A stretch of 64,000 bases of DNA, taken from contig OZ316896.1 in NCBI GenBank assembly GCA_973895155.1, forward strand, positions 13,062,549 through 13,126,548, written 5' to 3'. The stretch comes from Marsupella aquatica. Taxonomy: Eukaryota > Plantae > Marchantiophyta. Within the stretch, counting starts at the first letter, position 1. Every line of letters starts with the position of its first letter. Made by a program: the position numbers and the translations under genes. The notes beneath the pieces were generated by a model, which did not search any database, had not been told where the DNA came from, and saw nothing but the letters and a program-made list of their open reading frames with translations. Positions 11,961 through 25,158 of the stretch are shown in pieces.

Positions 11961-14230
11961 TTATGGATCCTCTATGAACTTGCTTGGCCATAATACCAAA
12001 GAACCTGCAGCATCTCCAAGTGTCTTTTGAGGAGGATCATCATTTGTGTTTGGAATGGGAAGGACAGCTTTAGGTTTCACTAGTAATGTGACTAACACTA
12101 CTGAATAACCTGGGGGAATCCTCTTGCCATGGAACGTTGTGGAACCAACTTGCACTCTGCCAAATCCTACTCGTGTTCCACTCTCATCAACAACTAACAA
12201 GCCACTTTGTCCCTCAGCATTAGGTGCTTTCCCCACTTCCACCTTAGATCTTTCTACCAGCACCGTTCTTGGAGGTTTGTATGAAACCTTTGACGTGGCT
12301 CTGCTCCCACCAGCAGACTTGCTTCGTGTGCGCATGCTTCCTCTCTTCACAGTAGTGAAGCTAGGCTCAGTAGGTTCCTCTGTTAGGACTGTCACAGTAG
12401 CAGGTTCATCACCTGGGAGTGTCATACCAACTAACTCTTTGGTTGGATTTATCTCAACAAGAGGCACACCTGTCATTGAGAATGATACATTCTGCAAATC
12501 ATTTATCTCTGCAATGGAGTCAAGATCTACATAGCATGAATCTGGCTCAATGGTATCATTGCCATGCTTGCTGATATCCTCATTTGCCCCAACATTGATA
12601 TCATCCACTCCCTTGCCAATGTCATCCTCATCCAAACATGGTTGACTGCCCTCTGTCAAACAAGTTGCTTGTACAGATTGCAACTTTGTTGCCTCTAAAT
12701 TACAGCGAGTATTTGCCAGGTTCTCATACTTCTTCTCTGTAGCACCTGTCTTATTCTCTATGGACACAACAACCACAATATATGTTACTGAAAATAACAC
12801 ATTCAACAAACAATGTCAATTCAAACTATACATTTAATAATCATATCCCACACAGTTGTAAAGGCCTTACCTTCAAGCCTACATGTCGTTGGCATGCCAG
12901 AAGAGTGCATCGACTTTGCCACCTCAAGTGGTGATGGTGGAACTCCTGCAGAATTGGAATCAATTTTATCTCTCACCGACACAACAGCTTCCATTAATGT
13001 CTTGAAGTTCACATGGAACAAGTCAGTCAATGAATTCAAACGTTCATTGATCTCTGGAAGACATGTTTCGACAGCCTTCAAACGACCACTTATCTCTGTA
13101 AGTGAAGATCCACCTCCCTACATGACACAGGGGTATAGGTTCAATCACTCCATATGAAATGTTGGGCAATATATGCACAATCAATGTTATATACAGTGTA
13201 CACCTGAAATTCAACGCAGGTCATTCAATTACCAATCAGAACTCATATAACTTACATGCTTGGAGGATTCAGATGCACCCTCTTGAGCCCGGGTGTTCAC
13301 AATTTCAGCCCTCAACTCTTCTTTTGAAGGGCTTTGCCCCAATTGGGCTTTCTGCACATGCATGGCAAACACAAGTTATCGATCAATATTCAGGGAACGT
13401 ACACTAAAAAACAAAGTTTACATGTATGGGTTTACACTAAAAAACAGTACATAGTGTAGCATAAATTACATAGCTAGGCCATTCATTCTTACCAAACGTT
13501 TAGCTGTCGGTGCAGTGCCGGTCCTTCCTGTCAGATTAGGGTTCTGAACACTCAACCTGGCCTCGGTCATCTGTGAACTCTTCTTTTTTGAAGCATCTGT
13601 TACAAAATAAGCTACTAACCTTGCCCACACTTTATCATCACAATTGGCTGGTGGAGGCATATCTGGCTTCTCCCCACCTTCCTTCCAAGCCTTATGCATT
13701 CTCCACCTCTCTTGCTTGATGATTTTACCTGCTGTACTCTCTAGGCAACCTATGTCCACGCCATCATCACTGCCCACATAATTCCATTTGGCAGCAACAT
13801 TTTCACATACAGTCTTCCAATCTTTTGGATGCTGTTTTTTAAAATTAATAACACTCGCATCTAACCAACGCAATACTTCAGCTTTCAAATCAGCATGCCA
13901 TCGGTTCTTGCGAGGACACTCAGCATCCACCCATTGTCTCTCATTCAACTTTACGTTCCCTTTCTTTGTCACCTCCCCTCGTGCACTGCTCTCGGTAGTA
14001 CTGGGCGTTGTATTGGCCACCCCTTCATTCACCCTACCTGGGGTTCTGAAGCCACCTGGGAAAATACAATGCCATTCATGCTTGAGAACTACATATAGCA
14101 GAATGGATGACGACAACATTCAATGCTTCACTTCAAGAAAAATTCTTCAAACATACATACCTGTAGCTCTGCCTATAGATGCCTGTGCAGGGACTGCACT
14201 CTGAAATTGTTGCGACCCTGGATCACCTGT
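11961..14230 (-). CDS. Multi-exon CACTA TnpA-like gene, minus strand, ending in a Tnp1/En-Spm-like C-terminal domain
   Basis: Exon ~14058-13493 encodes WARLVAYF..SSQMTEARLSVQNPNLTGRTG; last exon ends VGFGRV..FHGKRIPPGYSVVLV..AVLPIP..TLGDAAGSLVLWP. 5' end uncertain. Confidence 0.7.
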
Positions 14231-14666
14231 CCGGCCAGCCTAGTACAGGGGCCGGATGATGTCACTTTCTAGGTATGTGTGTGCAAACATATGTACTTGT
14301 TTGTTGTGCTGTCTCCTTTGGCACCCAACACCTTAGTCCTTGATGTAACAGAATGCGATTTTACAACTTAGATGCTTTGGAACCTTCTATGGTCTTAGCT
14401 GAATTGATGTCATCGTAAGTGGTGAAAGACAAAAGCTGGTTGAAGAGCTGTGGACAACACACTAGCATGAAGTGCTTCAACCAATCCACTGCCAAACGGA
14501 ACTCTTACACAGTCACATTCTTTCAATAAACAAAAACTCAGTCAAACTTCATAATCAAAGTACAGACTCTGAAGGACCAAAGGAGGATGTTGTGAGTTTC
14601 TCTGTTGTTTAATGTGTTACCCTTCTAGTTTTGAAGTTAGCAAATGCTGAATAATGTGTCTACCAG

Positions 14667-15006
14667 ATCTTCGAAAAGAAGCCCACCACAATTAAGAACT
14701 TCGGTATCTGGGTGAGGTATCAGAGTCGTACAGGTTATCCCAACATGTACAAGAAATATCGTGATACCACATTAAACAACCACACAGCAGATGTATGATG
14801 AGATGGCTTCTTGTCATAGAGTTTGGTTCCCTTGCATCCAGATCATCAAGACTACGACAGTCCCTGTCTCCCTGTGCAAGCGAGAAAGTACCAAGCAGTT
14901 CCATGATTCAAAGATCAAGTTCCCCTTGACGTACCGCAAGATTCAACCTCCATCGCGAAAGCTAAAGACGACTTACAAGGCCACCAAGCCCAACACATTT
15001 GTTTGA
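14667..15006 (+). pseudogene. RPL18A: Captured terminal exon of 60S ribosomal protein L18a (eL20), frameshifted
   Basis: [36 protein letters not shown] / [50 protein letters not shown]; preceded by a CAG acceptor; frameshift before 14791. Confidence 0.92.
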
Positions 15007-16013
15007 GTAGTGCGGGTGCAGGTTCCCAATTTTGAAACAATTTGGCTCATTTTATGTCCCAAGGGACTCCAGGAGTTTATGTATTGAGTTTCTAGGTCAG
15101 GATGCTTAATATAAGGAAATTCAATTTTCACTTCGTTCCCAGCTTCTACTAATTGAATATACATGAGATGGAAGCAAGAAGATAAGCCACAATCTAGCAT
15201 CTTAGCCAAACACATTCGTCCCGACAAAGCAAAACTACAATCACACAGTGCGAGTTGTGTCTGCACCGGCACCCCCAGTGAGACTGACCAGCATTTGGAC
15301 TGCATCATTGTCTAGAGCTAGCAGTGGAAGGAATCAACATAGCTAGCAATGGAAGGTGCAGTGGAGATAGCATGGGGACAGGGAAGGAAATGCAGGTTCC
15401 TTAAGCATAAATTTCCAAAAATGGAACAACAGGAAATGAAGAATAGGCACTGAAGCGGTCAACTAGACAAACGTTGTAACAAGGCAGCAAGCATTGGATT
15501 AAGAAGAAGCAAGGTTTCATCAGCAGAAGCAAGGTTTCATCAACAATGGCATTGTGAGACAAACCACTCCTTACAAATTTCTACAGACATCCTCCCCACT
15601 TGCAGCTTCTCGGCTAGGCTGGATTTCTTGTAAGACAAGTTTCTTGTAAGAAAGATTTCTTGTTTGGTGAGGAAAGATCAAAAAGCAACTGATCAATGCC
15701 TTCTTGTCATCTAGAAGAGCTGGATGCAGCCCTGTCTCACATTTAATGTTAAACTGAATGAAAGACATTATGCGCATGCACAAAAGAAAGACATGAATAT
15801 AATTAAGGTAGGTTTTAAGGAGCGGAGTCAGCAGTCAGACTTAGAAAGTTCAAATTGAAGCGCCATTAGTTTGGCGTGGTCAAGAGTAAATAAATGTTGG
15901 TCAGGGATACTCACCTCTTTTGAATGTATTACTGACTCAGCTAAGCCCAGCTAGACAGAAGTCACTCAGACCCACAAAAAAGTGAAGATCCACCTCCAAG
16001 CCGGAGCTCTATC

Positions 16014-16310
16014 CTCGGGGGTTTCACTTCCACGAAAATGGCATATCACGTGCGACGAAGGATAGGGTCATTTTATTGGTTCTAAGGGAAGACTTAAGAA
16101 TTTTTGTAGAAGAACAATAGGGTCTTTCAAATTCAATTTTGAGACTTATAAGAACATTAGGGCCTTTTTAATCCAATTTTTAGAATATTCCAAGAATATT
16201 CCAACTTTATAGGGGTTAAAAAATAAAAATAAATTCTTATATTTTAGGGGGTCCGAGCCCTAAAAACGTCGCAGGCGATGGGGAGGTCCCCATATAGTGA
16301 GACCCCCGAG
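16014..16310. mobile_element. hAT-type MITE, copy 1
   Basis: TIRs CTCGGGGGTTTCACT / AGTGAGACCCCCGAG; perfect 8-bp TSD GCTCTATC (16006-16013, 16311-16318). Confidence 0.9.
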
Positions 16311-17014
16311 GCTCTATCACTTCAGTAGAGCAGCTTCTGGACGGAACCAACTCTAATCAGCCCCACAGAACACAAATGTTAAGGCTCCAAGTCAGAGCTC
16401 ACTTCAGCCGAGGTGGACATCGCAGCTAGACCATTCAGTATAGGCAGTATGGAGCCTGAGACTACACTCATTGTTCAGAATTGAGGTGATGAAAGTGAGT
16501 TGGCATCAGTGGATACAATGAGAGGGGAAAAAATTCTGACCAAATCACACCTCTATAATCAGAGAGGTTCTATTTCCAGGGAACTCATTCATTGACCAGA
16601 GTAATATGGCCCACATTTAATTAGACTATGATAGACTCTTCCTCTGCAGACTCAAACTCGAGGAACCCCCACGGATGCCAGCATATACACGAGCTAGAAG
16701 CAAGAAGACAAGTCGCAATCTAGCATCTTGGCCAAACACATTCTTCCTGGCGATAGTAACTGCAAGCAAGGGGGAGACAGGGAGAACAAGGAGAATAGGG
16801 AGGCAACTCACAATGGAGCTAGGTAGCTCATGATCAAGCAACTTGCAATTGCAGCAACAGTAGTCTTAGCAGCAAGCGATTGAGCTCCAGGAAATGACAA
16901 ACCCGCAGCTGAGTCCTCAACTGACAAAATGTTCGCCACTCGACCCTCCTTCCAACTGCAACCGCCAGATAGTAGGAATAAGATAGAGAGGTTGCAGCCT
17001 TCTCAGTGATCCAA

Positions 17015-17420
17015 TAGCACCTCTCTTACCACCTCCGCTCTTAGCACATCTGCTCGCACCTCCGCTCTTAGCACCTCCTTTGGCACCTGAGCTGCTCTCA
17101 GCACCTCCGCTCGCACCTCCGCTCGCACCACCTCCTTTGGCACCTGAGCCGCTCTCAGCACCCTCTGCTCGCACCGCCGCCCAAATTGAAGCTACGTAGC
17201 AATCCTCAGCAGTGTGTGACAGAAGCACTCCACTCCAGCTCCACTCCGCTCGAGCTCCACTCCAACTGCTCTCCGCTCGTAGCTCCTCGGCCAGACCGGC
17301 GGCCAGAGCAGCTCCCAAATTGCAGCTCCTGCCCGCCCACAGCTCCTCCCAGTCCTAGAGCTCGTCGTCCACTGCAGCTCACCTCTCCACTCCGCAAGCC
17401 GGTCGCCCTCTCAGCTTGAA
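17015..17420. repeat. C-rich tandem minisatellite (GCACCTCCGCTC-like, then CAGCTCC-like units) inside the CACTA
   Basis: Directly visible 12-15 bp repeats; they translate as GGASG/GAES repeats on the minus strand. Confidence 0.65.
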
Positions 17421-18417
17421 TGCTCTAGAGCTTTGAAGGTAAACCTTCAAGCTCCAAGCGCAAAACTCCCCTACGCGAAGGAACTGCCCCGATCGCGAAG
17501 CACACTCCCCACTTCGTGAGACCGCGCACAATGTGACGACCTTCAGGCACGACGAATGTCCCCGTAATGGACAAGTGAGTTTTTCTGAAACAAAAACCTC
17601 CGAGTTCCCATGCACATTGAACTGAACTTTGCACTCTGCTGGCGTGTTTAAACCCTAAACAAAACCCGCGCACCCTAAACTCGTGTCCAAAGGCACACTC
17701 ACGCACAAAGCATACCTTAACACTTAGTGACACTTAGTGAACCAAACCCAATGAGCCTCGACCACTTTGCGTTGACATGAGCCGTTGATACACATGTTAG
17801 TACCCTAAAGCAAATTGGACACGACACTTTGTGAGCAAAGATTAAATGAACGCAACTATAACCTCTTAGAACGCAACTGTAAATTAACCCTTACACATGC
17901 CACTTAGGGAGGGTGGACAAAGAATGGGGGCCAGACACTACTTTAGCCCTGAATTGAAAATGATATCACCCCAATATTCTTGTCAAAGTTGCCCATGAAC
18001 TCTAAGGAATCCATTGAGCAGCATAAGACTCACTATTATAGAGGCAAGTACTCCCATGCACGTTTAATTAGGCTAGGATAACTACAATGCTCTTGACATG
18101 AAGACATTTAACTAGTTCTGCAACCCTAAACCCCCATTCCTTCTATGTGCACCTAGTGCTCCCGACTCCGCAAGTTGCAAGTCAAGGGTTGTAAATGGAA
18201 CATTCCGTGATGTCTAGAGTGCATGTAATCCTTCTTGCACTCTATTTCAGAATGCCGTAATGGAGAGTAGCTTATTCAACTTACATATGACTGCCCTACT
18301 AGTGTTACAATTGCTACTTTATCAGAAGTTGTAGGAATGACTTTCACAAATATCCCCCAAAAATCAGTTGATAAAATGTAACAACAATGACTCCCCTAAA
18401 CTTGGAGTCATGTATTT

Positions 18418-18729
18418 TTGAAAGTCTCCCTAAAGTCACAAAGCATAGGGTCTCAAAAGGGGACGTTTTCTTCTAGTGGAGATTTGGTGAAGATGAAGAG
18501 CGTTGTGGACAATTCCATGATAGTGGCAGAAGGTGAGGTGGCAGGGCTGCCAGGAGAAGATAAGTTTCATTGTGCAGATTTTGAAAGCCCTTTTTTGCGA
18601 GTGCGTGTGATTGAAGTGTTTGTAGATGTGGCATTGCCATTTGCCAATGCAGGGGAGAAACAGTCTAAATTATCTGATGTGAAAGGGATGAATGCCCTAT
18701 GGAACTCTAGATTGCTTAAGAAGCAATAG
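18418..18729 (+). pseudogene. Isolated Tnp1/En-Spm-like C-terminal domain fragment
   Basis: IVAEGEV..FHC....LRVRVIEVFVDVALPF....KLSDVKGMNALW parallels the domain ending at 11961. Confidence 0.6.
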
Positions 18730-18999
18730 AAATAGCATTTTGTCAAGAAACACTAGACATGATAGAATCAACTCTGTTTTTCTATAAAACATGCAGAGTG
18801 ATTGGTATGTTAGGTTGTAACAATTGACAATCTAATATTATTGATGCCAATGTAATTTTGTTTCATAAATTTGCATTGAGTTCAATAGTTATTGTGAGAC
18901 TTATGAAGGTATCTTGTATGAATGTCAATTGGATTTGTGATATATATGGAATGTTTCTTTAAGTTTTCATTCAGCAAATCTATTGAATGGCTTTGTAAT

Positions 19000-19791
19000 G
19001 TATGATTTTTGAATGACATGAAGTTTTATTTATCATGATCACTTAAATTTGAATTTCTCCAAATCATTGAATATTTCACCTAAATGACTGGTTGGAATGA
19101 CTGATGTAATGGTCATTATCCACTACTATCTTTGTGACCAATATGACCCAACTCTGGTCATTAAAGACATAGACTAAATGATTCAAAGAATGACATATAC
19201 AATGATCGCTCTCATGGTCATTATAAATAAGTCCGCTATGACTCATTTTATGTCATTCAAGACATGTCATTAATGACTAATGTGTATCTTTATGTGTCTC
19301 CTCCTAATTAAACCACGTGTCTTAATATGACTTGTTTATATCGTAGTCATTTTGGACACGTCCAAAATGACCCAAATATATTGCCAAATGGTGAATCCTC
19401 TTTGAACCATGTGTCACTATTTGATTTGTTATATAATGTACGTCATTTTGGACAAGTCCAAAATGACCAATGTTATTTGTTTTTTGATTGCCATGTGTCA
19501 TTGTGTGATTGGGTACGGGGACCGTCGACGGTCAACGGCAATTGACCGTCGATGGTGATTTGTGTCGTCATTTTGGACCGTTCAGCATTTATGACCATAT
19601 CATAAAAACCGTCATTTAGGATAGTATGAAATGACCACATGTTTTTAGCATCATTTGTCCAAAAGGACCGTGACCAAAATGTCCATTGTGACGCGTCTGG
19701 AAAGACAAGAACGATTGCGTCATTGTTTTGTTAAAAAGACCTGATTAATAGTCATTGTTTCCGTCATAAAATACATTGTTTTCTACTAGTG
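19000..19791. mobile_element. Right terminus of the outer CACTA element
   Basis: Ends TTTTCTACTAGTG (reverse complement CACTAGTAGAAAA); ~0.8 kb of AATGAC/GTCATT subterminal repeats; Copia RT coding resumes immediately after. Confidence 0.9.
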
Positions 19792-19794
19792 ACA

Positions 19795-21416
19795 TTTCAT
19801 TTAAAGATGCCTTATAGGACCCAGGTTGGTATGCCGCAATGAAAGAAGAATATGACAGCTTGATCAGGAATAAGACTTGGAAACTTGTGGCATTACCACC
19901 AGGACGTACGTCGGGCCATTTCATCTAAATGGGTGTACAAGTCTAAACCCATCCACGACTCTGCTAATCCAACCCATGCCCGATTGAAGGCCCGCCTTGT
20001 TGCCAGAGGTCTCGAACAACAACCTGGAATAGACTACAATGACACTTTTGCCCCAGTTGTTCGCTGGTCAACTCTTCGAACTGTTGTTGCTCTCGTTGTT
20101 GCATCCGGATGGCCCATCAGCCATATGGACTTGATTACCGCTTTTCTCAATGGAACTCTTAAGGAGCTGTTGTTCATGCATCAACCCCCTGGCTTCGCTC
20201 AACCTGGCTTGGAGCATCTCATTTGTCAATTGAACAAATCCATTTACGGACTGAAACAATCTCCCCGAGAGTGGTATCAAGAAATTGACACCTCCCTCCA
20301 GGAACAAGGTTGGACCCGTAGCACGGCTGACCCAAATCTCTATTACTTACAGCAGGATTCTTCACTTGTCCTCCTACTTCTATACGTCAATGATTTAATT
20401 ACTCATTACCAGCAATGACTCAGCACTCATCACCATTGTCAAGAAAAATCTTCATAGCCGGTATGAGATGAAGGACCTTGGCGAACTCCGGAAATATCTT
20501 GACGTGGAATTCACTCACACTACCAACGGACTGTTCCTTCACCAACAACCTTATGTTGTGCAGATCTTACAAGACTCTGGCATGATCGACTATCGACATG
20601 CCTTCACTCCTCTCCCTGAAGGCTTTGCTACTCGATCAGATTCTAACACTCTGCCCGTCGATCGCTCAGCATACTGCACCCTTGTCGGTAAACTATTATT
20701 TCTTACTACTACCCGACCTGACCAGTCCTACTCTGTCGGTAAGGTGGCCCGTTTTGTCTCAGCCACACATGCAGCATTTGGATGCAGTCAAGCACATTCT
20801 TCGATACATTAAGCACATGGTTGACTATGGGATCTCTTATCAGCGCACTTCTCAGCCTCTACTCGCTGGCTACACTAATGCTGACTACCTTGGGTGTCTG
20901 GATACTCGACGATCTACTGTTGGATATGTTTTTATGCTTGCCTCTGGACCTATCTCCTGGGCCAGCAAAAGGCAACCTACAATTTCCAACAGCACCACTG
21001 AAGCTGAGTACAAGACCCTTTCTGAAGCTGCGAAAGAGGCCGTCTACCTACGTTGATTACTTCTGGAATTACACAAAACTCAAGCGGACATCTCTATTCC
21101 CGTTCAGTGCATGAATGTCAGCATTCACAAGGACCTAGCTACAGCCACCATTCCTTCTGCTCAGGACCTTCATCTCCATTGCGATAACCAGGGCTCTATA
21201 CGTCTTGCTCAGAATCCGATCTTTCATGCTCGTACAAAGCACATTGAGGCTAAACATCACTTCATACGAGAACGGATCCTTGAAGGGGAACTGTCTTTGC
21301 ATAACGTCAATACCGATGAACAACATGCTGACATCTTTACTAAACAAGTCTGTCGACAAACCTTTGAGCGACACCGGGGCTTCCTTGGCATCCGCTCTAA
21401 GACCCTGTTCATCTAG
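19795..21416 (+). pseudogene. Ty1/Copia pol, RT-RNaseH, degenerate
   Basis: SFKDAL*DPGWYAAMKEEYDSLIRNKTW, SKWVYK, KARLVARG..QPGIDY.DTFAPV, YGLKQSPREW, LYVND (YVDD), MKDLG, TRPD, ISWASKRQ, STTEAEY, CDNQ, HARTKHI; several frameshifts and stops. Confidence 0.95.
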
Positions 21417-21493
21417 CTTTTCTCGCATCAATCCTCTCTTCGATCAACTTTCTGCCCAACTGTGCTCTCTCCTTCTTCTCGATGAGTCTTCAG

Positions 21494-21778
21494 ATCGAGG
21501 GGGGTGTTGGAAATGCTGCGATCCTCAGTACCGTTTACCTGTTGGGCCCACTTACCATTCCGTTGCGCCACTTGTTGTTCCTTGTCGTCTTCCGTCCTCT
21601 TCTGAGTACCATCTGATCTAGGTCTGCCTCACTGCTCCCTTGATCTGATCTATGGGTCCCGCTCACCGTGTGGAGCCTCTCTTCCTCTGGGCACTCCTTG
21701 CCTTGGCTTCACTTAAGTACTTATGTCCACTACTTTCACTGTTCAGCCATCTTAGTCACGTAGATAGTTTTATCAACA
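21494..21778 (+). mobile_element. Copia polypurine tract and 3' LTR (21505-21778)
   Basis: GAGGGGGG immediately followed by TGTTGG; LTR ends ATCAACA. Confidence 0.75.
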
Positions 21779-23614
21779 AAATGCTCGTCAACACTTGCAT
21801 CGGCCGGGATGTAGCAGGTTCCTTCGTTGATCGGTCAGAAGATGAGAGGGGTGGAATGCAGATTAGAGCGGATAGACCATGATGGACTGTCTTCATATGG
21901 GATCTTGAATTGCATTACATAGAGCTTACACAGGAACCATGGAATCCATTCAGAACTATAACGAAATCAGGAAGATCGTCGAAAAGGCAGTACACTCAAA
22001 TGCGTGAGCGATTGCTGATCGATCTTGTTTGGAAGGTACAGAGCATATATTCACAAGCCAACAACCTCCGTGACTGTTCGATCCCTGGAGATATCCTGAA
22101 ATTGGGTGGCATCTGTCAAAAAATACTGAGTTCAGCAATGACATGCTTCTTCCGGCCCTGAATCCTCGTTCCCCAAAGGTTTGCTCAACTCAGGTAAGCC
22201 TCTTGAGCAGAATCGTAGAAATGGAAGAATCGATCCATCAAGAGAAACTTCCGGAAGACCTTCCTTCGACACAGCATACACATAAGAGAACCATCCTGTA
22301 GACCTTCCTCCCACACTGCATATCCTGTGGAAAACATGAAAAGTTGTTACGAATGCAAGGTTTGCTTGACATTTGTCGCGGCAAGCCTAGCCAAGCCGTT
22401 GTATTCTTTGTTAGGACACATGTGCTTAGTCACAGCAAGTGTAGCCACTGATAATGCTACCTGTGTTGCGGTCCAGACATATACAGAGTTTGCTTGACAT
22501 TTGTCTAGTGTTAGTGGTTGACTTTGCAAAACGTAAATAACCCAAGGGGGTTGTTATAAAGTAGTTTTAGGGGAACCTTCCACATAATGTGAGCCTTTCT
22601 TCAATCCACTGTCCATGACAAAACCTGGATCCACCAGGTTTCACCATTTTCAGACCTGTTTTCCTAAAATTCTGGAGCAAAGTCTCATCCTAGAGGAGAG
22701 AAATGTGAAAAAGTGAGAAATATTGGACATTCTCCTTTTATATGGACAGTGGTGGTTTAAACCTTTCTTCATGCCTTTCTCAATGCACGCTTACCCGGCT
22801 CACCTCTCACCTGCCACATATATAGGCCTGTCAAGTTATGGCAACTGCTGTAGCATATGAGCTGGTGCATGGAAGTTTCTCCTATGCATTGAACTAAAGT
22901 GGAGGAAATGATGAGGGTTTTCATGCTCAACTTTCCTGAGCGCTAATTAGTTGTCACCTCAATCAGATTTATGATGGCTCCAACTGAGAACATATTTATT
23001 TTTTCACACCTTTAAATGAGGGCTGGACAACAAGTTTCCCTAGTAGTCTACTATATATTCATGGGTCAAGACTGGCCCTATGCCTATGAATTACAAAATT
23101 GCCATTATGGTTGTATTATCGTTGAAGATGTGTCGTCATTGCAGGCCCATCTTGTGTTTGTGAAAGTGTTGTTTTTACAGTCATGATGTGGAGCAAAAGT
23201 ATCATGAGCATAAGTGGTGTTGAGGGAAAGTGTAAGTTATCTATTGGCAAGATAGTGAGAGGAAGTGCTGAAATGACAGTTGAAAGAGAAATACTTGAAT
23301 GAGTTGTAGTAGAGAAATAGTTAAAAGTTGTGCAGAGGGGGAGGAGAGTGTAAAATACTAGTCAAGAGTCGCAGGTATAGGGAGACGGGACAGTTGCTCC
23401 TATAGTAAAGATACACAAGACCAAAAATTTGATGCCCCACCTATGCTGCTAATGTGAAATTATACCATGGTGTACATTGATGGCGGGAGAAAATGGTCAA
23501 GATGTACAAACACAACCAAAGACAATCAGAGGAGAAACATTTTAGTGCATTGTGGTTCTTCCTAAACTTGCAACCCCACATTTGAGGCATGGTTTATGTT
23601 TGTCATCTGGGTTT

Positions 23615-23770
23615 AACCACGCATTAAATCTACGTCAACCGTACAACCAGAACATAAACCAAGACACATGTAAGTAAAATCATTTGATTTGTAGATTATA
23701 AATATAGTATATTGATTTATGTTCTGATGTATGGACCACCTTAACTTGAATTAGATTTAACACATGATCT
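23615..23770. mobile_element. Short degenerate relative of the long-TIR element at 43.4-44.4 kb
   Basis: TTAAATCTACGTCAAC ... TTAACTTGAATTAGATTTAAC ends plus AGAACATAAACCAAGAC / TTTATGTTCTG motifs. Confidence 0.5.
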
Positions 23771-25034
23771 GGGTTTACTTGGCAATTATAGATACCGTTC
23801 TAGTTTAGTCATGGCAAGGGAGGTCAGACGATAACATCTGGCTTTCTCTCCTCTGAACTTTCGATCATTCCGACCATATGAACGTCTTCTGCTTGTCCAT
23901 CATCATTCATGATCAGGGAAGAGCTCTCGTTCCCTTTCAAATACCAAGAGTCAGGAATTCCTTATGATCAAGAGGTCACCAATCTCTCACATGGACACCA
24001 ACATAATCATCCATTCCTTTGTAATATAATGTACATCAATGTGCTTCTGCAAACGCACTAGGAGAGTCGATCCTTTGTCGTGGGTCAGGGTTCTAGTGTA
24101 ATTGCGAGTTTGGGCAAAGTTATTGAACATACACATGATGTATAAAACAGAGAACATCTAAGCTGTACAGTGAGAATTGGTGGGATGTTATTTCTGCATA
24201 TTGTCATTGGACACGAGCTTTCTCGTTTTCTTCTAAGTAATTGTTGTTCACGTTTTGTTTCAGCGTCCTCTCTTCCCAAACACTTTCCTTTTCCTTCTTC
24301 TTACACTTTCCCTCCAAAGACACAAAGAACTTGGCAATGTTACACGCTGTGTCATGTTGGGTCATGTCGGTATCAATTATGCAATGTGCAAGTGTATTAT
24401 GATTCAGACGTTGTCCATCTCATTGGAACAACTTGAGCTTCTGACCTGGGAGGCTGCCATTTATGGGGAAGGGATCTTTTAGATCGACTTAGGGTCCTGA
24501 ATCCTGCCCGTAAGAAATAGAACATATAGTGGAAATGACACATTTTCCTACCTTCGATCTTAGCAGAGATTGGCTGAAACCACAAGTGAGATTGTTGCAA
24601 TTATGTCCTTGTCAGCTGCTACCAATGACGAAGATGCCAACTTACTCCCTGTTGAGATATTTCAACCCATCTGTGGAATGGCAAGGAATAAAGTCACTCA
24701 CCTCGAAAGTTAGTAACCTCAAAATATCGACAAGCAGAGCTAGAGCAAATCCTGAAATGCAAAACTGAGACAATTACAAGAGGAAACATATCATTGAGGA
24801 AAACTTTTCCCTTGTTCTTCAACTCATCATAGTCATGTTCTGGATAGAGTCCTCATAGGCCATAAAGCATTAGTAGTGCTGACGACTTTTACGACCAATT
24901 TCTTGATAGCTCGTCTTCAAGCTGTACGCCGACTAATGTAGTAGATACCCACACTTTCCATTCTCCCAAAGAGTTGTGTCGGCCAAATTTTGATTTTGAT
25001 AACTAGACGTCCAGAGATCAAGGAGATCCTGTTT

Positions 25035-25158
25035 TTGGTTGTTATGACAACTCGCACATCATTCAATTGAGTATGTGATCCACATTTTCACCAAAATTGG
25101 TTGTTATGACAACTCACACATCATTCAATTGCGTATGTGATCCACATTTTCACCAAAA
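25035..25158. repeat. 62-bp tandem duplication
   Basis: TTGGTTGTTATGACAACTC...CACATTTTCACCAAAA at 25035 and 25097, nearly identical. Confidence 0.9.

Noticed and set aside
21790-22330. Possible pseudo-exon after the Copia LTR
   Set aside because: All frames are interrupted and no recognisable motif was found
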